From: Flaccisagitta enflata
Taxonomy: Eukaryota
Length of the DNA: 64,000 nt
Direction: 5' to 3'
NCBI GenBank assembly: GCA_965153355.1
Contig: OZ231126.1
Span: forward strand, 35,898,001 to 35,962,000
Shown here: piece by piece, positions 54,678 through 64,000 of the stretch
Numbering within the stretch: position 1 is the first letter of the stretch
Layout: the number at the start of each line of letters is the position of its first letter
Program-made: the position numbers and the translations under genes
Notes under the pieces: model-generated
The model's database searches: none
Told to the model about the DNA's origin: nothing
The model's input: the letters and a program-made list of their open reading frames with translations, nothing else

Positions 54678-54970
54678 AAGAACAGTAAAAGAAGCACAGG
54701 GAGTGCAAAGGCCCAGAGCAAGAACAGTAAAAGAAGCACAGGGAGTGTAAAGGCCCAGAGTAAGAACAGTGAAAGAAGCACAGGCAATGCAAATGCCCAG
54801 AGCAAGAACAGTAAAAGAAGCAAAGGGAGTGCAAACTCAGCAAAGGCCCAGAGTAAGAGCAGTAAAAGAAGCACAGGAAGTGCATAGGCCCATAGTAAGA
54901 ACAGTAAAAGAACCACTGGGAGTGCATAGGCCCAGAGTAACAACAGTAAAAGAAGCACATGGAGTGCAAG
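54678..54970. repeat. 42-bp tandem repeat, ~7 units
   Basis: Unit AAGAACAGTAAAAGAAGCACAGGGAGTGCAAAGGCCCAGAGC; one unit has a 9-bp insertion. Confidence 0.9.
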
Positions 54971-55276
54971 GGCGCGAAGGGACTCTGAAGACGCATTTAA
55001 AAAGTCGATAATAATAAAGAGAAGTCCCTCGCCGCGAGTCTTAGTCAAAAAGCCGTTCAAAGTGGGCGAGGCAAGTGGACTGTAAAAAGACGAGCGAGAT
55101 TTGAAGAGCGAAATGAAGGAAGAGAGTGAGAAAGGGAGAAAAAGGTGGTGGAGTGGAAAGATGAAGAGGGATAAAGAAGAGGGATGAAGGACAGGAATAA
55201 AGAGAATGTAGGTGAAAAGTTGTGGTGCAGTTGGATAAAGGAGAGGGATGAAGGACTTACTTAATTACTTAATGTA

Positions 55277-55804
55277 CAGTCAGCGGACAAAACACAATAG
55301 GTATATATATCACTCGGTTGGTTTTGATCCAACTCACTGATGTTGAACAGAATGCGCTAAACAATAACTGGTTGTTCAAATTACAGCCGACTGTTATGTT
55401 ACAAAGTTGGCAAAAATCCAACTTTCACCAAATAGAATGAGACCTGCAGATTCATAATCCTGATGAAATTCTAAGAAGTTTGATATGTCACAACATATAC
55501 TTTTACATGAAAATAAAAAATTTCTATCATTGTTTAATTTAATTATAACGTAATGTTAAAAAAAATATTTTTTACAAAAAGTGTTAAGTGTGACATATCA
55601 AACTTCTCAGAATTTCATCAGGAGTATGAATCTGCAGGTATCATTCTATCTTAGAAAAATTTTATTTTTGCCAACTTTGTAACTTAACAGCCGGCTGTAA
55701 TTTCAACAACCAGTTGTTGTTTACAGCATTCTGTTCAACATCAGCGGGTTGGATCAAAACCAACGGAGTGATATATATACCTATTGTGTCTTGTCCGCTG
55801 ACTG
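55277..55804. mobile_element. Second copy of the CAGTC palindromic MITE, TSD TGTA
   Basis: Nearly the same length (528 vs 527 bp) and closely similar sequence to 35431-35957. Confidence 0.9.
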
Positions 55805-56619
55805 TGTAGGTGAAAAGATATGCGGTAATGAGGAAGTTGTGGTGGAGTTGGATGAACAAGGCCGGATACACGGCCATACCAGTTGCGGACGGGTGGGCAC
55901 TGGGCAGGGGAGGATATTCACGTTTTCACACTTTTTGACTCGTGCTCACCAACGGACCGACCAACCGACGGACGGACAAAGGCTCTTATAGAGTTGCGTG
56001 TCCGCAACTAAAAAGGGGACGAAGGAGGTGAAGAGAATGTGTTGAAGCGAAACAGTCGGTGGGAGCGACGTAGAGGCTCAATAGTCAATACAGACGAGGA
56101 AGTGAAAAAATGAATAAAAGAGCAACAAGCTGACACAGACAGAAATAATAGAAAAACAAACAGACAAAATAACTTTGTGCAAAAATTTATCTTAGTAAGT
56201 GAAAGAATCTTAGGTTTCATATCCCTTTTAATCATCTCATCGCGTCATTTGAACGATTCTCTGTCAAGCGCACGAGTGAAACCAACGCCATCTTACTATC
56301 AACATCCCTTTCCATAGTGTCACAATTCATACTGTCAAAAACTGTCACATCGCAAATCATACTCTCAGTCTTACTCACACCTTCACAAACTATAAGGCTA
56401 CGCGGCGCATCTTAAGCACAAGCTAAAAGGGAAGTCGTAGCAGCAAGACAAGGGTAGGCATGGAGCAGGAACGATAGGCGGGGAGGTCTTTCATGTTTGT
56501 AGAAGTTAATAAAAGACTGAAGTTGATGTAGAGCTGTTTGTCATAATGAAAAGAGGGATAGAAGGAAGATAGAGGCAGTCATTACAGTGTTACCATTTGA
56601 GGCATAAGAGAAAGTAGAA

Positions 56620-56741
<122 letters not shown>

Positions 56742-57129
56742 TTCCTTCAATAAGAACGGTCTCCCTCTAGACTATCTCTCTTTCTCTCTCATACGCATAC
56801 CAGGCGCGGCGTAGGGATTCGCATACAAATGAGTTCCTTACCTAAAGTGAGGTCGAAGCGACTCTAAAAAAAAAGAAGAGATGCCACCAATGCGATTCTT
56901 TCCCTGTCAAAACACTTAGTGTAAAAACTCTCTATTTTTCCATTCTCTCTTTCAGTCTTTCTCTCTGCCACTTTGCCTCTTTTTAAAGTCCCACATTTTA
57001 GCGCTTTATTGTGTATCTCTTCTTTTCACTGTTTCACCGCATTGCCATGTTACTATTTAGCTCAAAAGTATAGACACAAGATAAGCATTGATTGATTTAT
57101 TCAATAAATGATAAATGATTTAATTCCGT

Positions 57130-57230
57130 AATACATTTGATACTAACTGTGCCCCCCTGGGCAGTAACAACCACCTTCATACGCCTTGGCAAGCTTTTGT
57201 AGAGAGATTTTAGGGAAATTGGCAAGATTG
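57130..57230 (-). mobile_element. Tc1 transposase C-terminal remnant
   Basis: ISLKSLYKSLPRRMKVVVTAQGGT matches the Tc1 end LxxSMPRRLxAVIxAKGG. Confidence 0.7.
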
Positions 57231-57664
57231 TAGTGGCGCAATATGCTGAAACACCATTGATTATTATTGAACTGCATTTTTTTTGCCATTTTTTATTCAG
57301 AGTAGCAATCTTGTTATGTCTGTCATTTCTAAATGCTTTGACCAAGAAGAACGCGGTTGGTGCCACTCAATCAGAAATTTGATTTTATGTCTGGATCTCA
57401 CCCATTTTCCTATCAATTTTTTAAAATCAGAGATATTGCCCAAAACGCTTGGGTCTATACAATTAGGCTAGATAGTATATACCGCTCCGTTTCTAACTCT
57501 TTATATATCTATTTCAATGTCTATAATACACATCCCCTTTCTTCTCTCAGGTCTGTCTGTTCTCTGTTTATATGACTTTTTGTCTCTGTTATCACTTAGT
57601 TTTGCCATATTTATCTGTCTGCATGTCTGCCTTTCTACAGTGAAAACCAATCTACATGAAAGCC

Positions 57665-57711
<47 letters not shown>

Positions 57712-57748
57712 GAATAAAATTGCGACTGGGTGGTTTCAAGAAAAAAAA

Positions 57749-57930
<182 letters not shown>

Positions 57931-58089
57931 GGACACAGAGAGAAAGAGATTCTCCATTTTGAAAGGAAGAATGTCCGCCCAAAGCGTCGCGACGTTTGCG
58001 GCTTTGCCTCGCATTCCTCAGAATGTCGCCGAATTAAAAGAAATGTTCATTGGAGAAAAGATCAATTGAAATGAACATATCCTCGACAG

Positions 58090-58203
<114 letters not shown>

Positions 58204-59897
58204 CAAAACAAAACAGACAGACAGCCGGACAGACAGTCAGAAAAACAGAAAGTCAATCAGACAGACAGACAGACAGACAAACTTAAAGAGAAAAAGAGAG
58301 GCAGATAGACAGATACACTGACTAACAGAAACAGAGACAGAGACAGAGAGAGACGGTGATTTTGTGTTCCGTGGATGTGAATCGGGCTTTTAAGGACATT
58401 CCGAGAAATGACGGTTTATTTTTTTTAGAGGAGACGAGTGACAAAAAAAAGGAATGGAGCAAAAGAAAGAGTAAAAAAACAAAGGCCTACGGAAACCACG
58501 GGCAGAGGGGTGGACGGACGGACGGACGGACAGATCGATGGACGGACGGACGGACGGACGGACGGACAGATGGATGGATGGACGGACGGATGGACGGAAG
58601 GACTAATGTTAGAACTTATTGAATGATTGGACATATTGAACAGCTAAGGGGAGGGTGACGAGGGTGACAACGGGAAATAAGACCCGAGGGAAAAATTGAG
58701 GAAGTTTGAAAAAAGTCCGATGCAAGAAGAAGAGGGCCAAAGGATTGAAAGTGGGGAGGAAAAAGAAAAAAAAAAGTTTTGTGCGCAAATGAGAGAAAAA
58801 CAAACAAAAACATTCAAACTCACTTAATTACGGTGGGTAAACAAGAGAATGTTCTCGCTTGCGTGTCGTTGCACGCGAGTAAAGCTTCTGTGCATGCGGC
58901 TATGGACGTGTGAATCGAGTACGCAAACAGAATAAAAAACTGTTAATCAATTCAAACGCCTTAATTCTCTATAGAATTGCCGAGGGAAGTGAGAGTAAAG
59001 GACAGAGCGAGGTTAGGGTGTGACACTGTGTGTGGTGAGGAATTAACAACATAGACTGCGGACATGAGAGTGACAATGGTTGAATCGCAGAGAAAAACAG
59101 AAAAAAAGGGAATGAGAAGGATTTGTAAAGCTGAGAGAAAACCATTTGAATCAAACAAAAAACAAAACAGTTTTTTGAAATGGCCATATTGTGGAAAATG
59201 ACAAGGTCTAAAATGACAGCAAGACAAAGTCGGAGACAGTGACAAAGTTGCTGGCAAAGTCCAAGTTGAGCAATGAGCCCTGGGTCTAGAGCGACGTTGA
59301 AGACAATGACGTTGACGACAACTAGTTGGACTTGGAGTTGTTGTTAAATGAAGGACAAACATGATGATCAAGAAGAAGTTGACGAAGGAGAAAAAAAGTT
59401 GACGACTATGACGACGTTGAAGACAATCAAGTTGACGACAGAGACGAAGTTGATGAAAAGGATTTAGTCGAGGACAAAGACGAAATTGATGAGTGTTAAT
59501 GATTTAATAAGAAAAACAAAGTTGAGGACAAAAACGAAGTAGACGACAAAAACTCAGTTGATGAGAAAGACGAGGTTGACGCCGAGGTAATGACGAAATG
59601 GCGATAACTGGAGGAGAGCCTCGTAAAACAATCTAAAGCGAGCTCAAGCCATTAAACGAACAAGACGAAGAAGACTCAATTGGTATACGAATGTGGCCAT
59701 TGTGTGGCTATACTTATGGTGTCGGTAGGGCCGCAAGGGGGTGTAGTTGCGACGGCGTTTATGTTCTCGCTGCTACACCAAGAAACGGGTTCGGAGAGAG
59801 AAATCATTGGTACTTGTAGAAAATGGTAACCATCAATGTTACTCAACATTTGTCCAGCTGAAACGCCTATGTGTTTGACAAACAAAAAGACAGACAA

Positions 59898-59932
<35 letters not shown>

Positions 59933-61403
59933 TACAGACAGACAGACAGACAGAAAGGAAAAACAATTGAGTGTACCAACAGAGAAACAAACCAATTTTT
60001 CTAATAGACAGACAGACAGACAGACAGAAAGACAGATAGACAAACAAGTAGACAGACAGATAGACAGATAGATAGACAGACAAATCTGCAGACAGATATA
60101 CAGACATACAGACCGACAGAGAGACAGAGGGACAGAGAGACAAACAGACAGACAAAAAGACAGATGCACATACAGAGAGACGGAGAGACAAATGACAAGC
60201 AACTCGATCTAAAAAGACCCAAGAACGGGCAAAAACACGTGCAGACAGACATCATCGGAAGGACAGAATAGAGAAACTGACATTCTAAAGACAATGACAA
60301 ACGCAGTCTTTTTTAAAGTCGGTTGTTTGCGTCTTAAAATGACTTTCTCGAGTTGGTTTTAACGAGGGCGCGACTTGGCAGAGAGGCAATGGCAATGGCA
60401 ATGGCTTCTTGAGTTCTAGTCCTAAGACCGGATTTTAAAAGTAAAAAAAAAGGCCGGATACACGGCTACCCCAGTCGCGTTCAGGTGGGCAGGGACAGTG
60501 ATAGAGAAGGTCATTATGGTATTTGGGCTGGCAGTGAAGGCAAAAAGCTAAAAAACGCCAAAAAAGACGGACGAACCGACAAACAGATTGTTGAGTCGCG
60601 TGGCACGCGACTGAAATGGGAAGATAGGACAGAAAAAGAAGAAGTAGAAGAAGAAGTAGAAAAAGAAGTAGAAAAAGAAAAAGAAAAAGAAAAAGAAAAA
60701 GAAAAAGAAAAAGAAAAAGAAAAAGAAAAAAGAAATAGAAAAAGAAAAAGAAAAAGAAAAAGGAAAAGAAAAAGGAAAAGAAAAGAAAAGAAAAGAAAAG
60801 AAAAGAAAAGAAAAGAAAAGAAAAGAAAAGAAAAGAAAAGAAAAGAAAAGAAAAGAAAAGAAAAGGAAAAAGAAAAAGAAAAAGAAAAAGAAAAAGAAAA
60901 AGGAAAAGAAGAAGAAATAGAAAAAGAAGAGGAAATAGAGAAAGAAAGAGAAAAAGAAGAAGAAATAAGGAAGAAATGATGAAGAATAACACGAAATGAA
61001 AAAAAAGATGAAGAATAAAAGAAAAAGAAGAACATGGTGACAGCGTGGGCAGCGGCTGTATCCAGGGCTGCAGAAAATTTTTTGCTTCCTACAAGCGCAA
61101 TTTCCCCATATCTACCTTCCTACTGAAGTGCGTAGAATTTTCATGTTATTTTGATCATAAATTTCCATTTAGTATCAAAAATGATGATAAATTGATTGGC
61201 AATAACACTGGCATAGTACTTCTTAAAAGAATAAAGAAATGTCTTTAATATCTATCAAAGGTTTAAACAATATATGAAAAAGAGAATTATTGCATTATTT
61301 TTCAACCTAATTTCTTTCCACCTGATACCAAACTACTTTCTATTAGCAAATTTGGAAGGGTTTCATTCTTTAAAGTAAGAAACAAAAAGAGGGAGAGAGA
61401 GAA

Positions 61404-61526
<123 letters not shown>

Positions 61527-61527
61527 G

Positions 61528-61621
<94 letters not shown>

Positions 61622-62052
61622 ACACACATACAAAGAATTCTAGAAAAATAGTGTCAAATACAGAGAGAAACAGAGACAGACAAATAACTTGTTTCCTATT
61701 TCCTTTATTTATTTTTTCCTCTAAAATGTTTCTTTTACTTGTTTTTCTTCTTTTTCTTTTTCAACTTCTTTCTTTCCCTTTCCTCTCCTTCCTACTGGCC
61801 AAGCTTGCTTCCTACGAGCGCCGCTCGCATGCTCGGCCACTTTCTGCAGCCCTGGCTGTATCTGCGCCCATCGAGCGCTTATGCGTGCGTGCGTGTGGAA
61901 ATATTTTTTTCTTTTCATATTAGAAAATGTCACATTTGAACCTACTAAATGCCCCGGGAGGAGAGATAAGGGAAACCATCGGAGGGGGAAAAACAAGACT
62001 TGAGGGGAAATATTTTTTGGCTCTTTTTTTCTCTTCTGTTACGCTCTATGGG

Positions 62053-62110
<58 letters not shown>

Positions 62111-62318
62111 TTTGTCGATTTCCTCTTCGTTACCCTTCTCACACACCTACTTTCAATTCTCGACAGCACCTATTTTATCACAGAATCTTTTTTTTATTTT
62201 CATTTCCCGTGCAGGCTTTCTCACTGGCTCGCTCCGATGCGCGGTGATGACGACGCTTGACAAAACGACAACAACTTCTTTATCAACATCATCATAATCA
62301 TCATCATCATCATCATCC

Positions 62319-62419
<101 letters not shown>

Positions 62420-63114
62420 CCAAAACCAAAAAAAAAACAAAAACAAAAAACAAAAACAACAACAAAAAAAAAAAAAAAACAACCAAAAAAAAACAAAAAC
62501 AAAAACAAAAACAAAAACAAAAACAAAAACAAAACAAAAAACAAAAAACAAAAACAAAAACAAAAACAAAAACAAAAACAAAACGAAAAACAAAACGAAA
62601 ACGAAAAACGAAAAACGAATAACGAAAAGAAAAAAGCAAAAAGCAAAAAGCAAAAAAACAAAAAAGAAAAGAAAAGCAAAAAACAAAAAACAAAAAAAAC
62701 AAAAAAAACAAAAACAAAAACAAAAACAAAAAACAAAAACAAAACAAAACAAAAAAAAACAAAAACAAAAACAAAAACAAAAAACAAAAAAAACAAAATG
62801 GGAAAAACAAAAAAAAAAAAAAAAAACAAAAAAAAAAAAAAAAAACAAAAAAAAAAAAAACGAAAAAGAAAAAACGGAAAACAACGAAAAAAAACCCGAA
62901 AAATCGAAAAAAACGAAAAAAAAGAAAAAACAACGAAAAAGAAACAAAAAAAAAAAACAAAAAAACAAAAAAACAAAAAACAAAAAACAAAAAACGAAGG
63001 AAACCAAAACAAAACAAAACAAAACATAAGAAGCCAAACTCAGCGACAAAGGCAAGTACCGATACAGCGTAAGGAAAACAAGCCCAACAGGCCAACAGTC
63101 GCGTGCTAAGTTAC

Positions 63115-64000
63115 ACAAAACTACACAACTTCATACTACACACAACTACATAACTTCATACTACATACTTAACATACTACATACTTACTACATACTTACA
63201 TACTACATACTTACATACTTACATACTTACATTATTACATACTTAACTAATTACATACTTACATATTTACATACTTACATATTTACTTACATACTTACAT
63301 ACATACTACATACTTACATACATACTACATACTTACATACTTACATACATACTACATACTTACATACTTACATACATACTTACTTACATACATACTTACT
63401 TACATACTTACTTACATACTTACATACTTACTTACATACTTACATACTTACTTACATACTTACATACATACATACTTACATACATACATACATACATACA
63501 TACTTACATACTTACATACATACATACTTACATACTTACATACTTACATATTTACATACTTACATACATACTTACTTACATACTTACTTTCATACTTACT
63601 TACATACCTACATACTTACATACTTACATACTTACCTACATACTTACATACTTACCTACATACTTACATACTTACCTACTTACATACTTACATACTTACT
63701 TACATACTTACATACTTACCTATATACTCACATACTTACGTACTTACATACTTACATTCTTACATACTTACATACTTACATACTTACATACTTACATACT
63801 TACATACTTACTTACATACATACTTACATACTTACATACTTACATACCTACATACTTACATACTTACTTACATACTTACATACATACTCTCATACTTACA
63901 TACTTACCTACTTTCATACTTACATACTTACTTACTTACATACTTACCTACACACTTACATACTTACCTGCACACTTACATACTTGCCTACATACTTACA
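63115..64000. repeat. (TACA/TACT)n compound microsatellite, probably the central array of a HINE whose end is at 63077-63110
   Basis: Preceded by AACAAGCCCAACAGGCCAACAGTCGCGTGC. Confidence 0.85.

Noticed and set aside
59210-59700. Acidic DEVDDK-like 18-bp repeat followed by RRRRLNWY (RTE-like)
   Set aside because: Multiple stops and frameshifts; too short and degenerate to call.

Overview
Repeat-dense, AT-rich eukaryotic DNA, apparently from an invertebrate animal; the organism cannot be identified from this window. No intact host gene is supported, and most ORFs in the track are translations of microsatellites. The flanks (about 1-21.9 kb and 51-64 kb) hold long (AG)n, (AC)n, (GAT)n, (ACA)n and (TCTA)n microsatellites, Helentron/DINE-1-like non-autonomous elements (HINEs), MITEs and small LINE/Tc1 scraps. 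The main feature is a ~28.9-kb element (21962-50910) bounded by ~50-bp near-identical terminal inverted repeats (TA|CAGTATG...CATACTG|TA). After removing nested insertions by eye, it carries (i) a decayed multi-exon plus-strand DDE transposase of the CxxH-insertion type (hAT/P/MULE-like, not Tc1/mariner) ending in a Spindlin/Spin-Ssty-like Tudor domain, and (ii) a probable second, convergent, decayed multi-exon gene on the minus strand. The interior is filled with palindromic MITEs of several TSD classes (TA, variable 4 bp, TTAA, 8 bp, 9 bp) and with HINEs carrying satellite arrays. All protein-family calls come from manual translation and remembered motif patterns and need HMM or structure confirmation.
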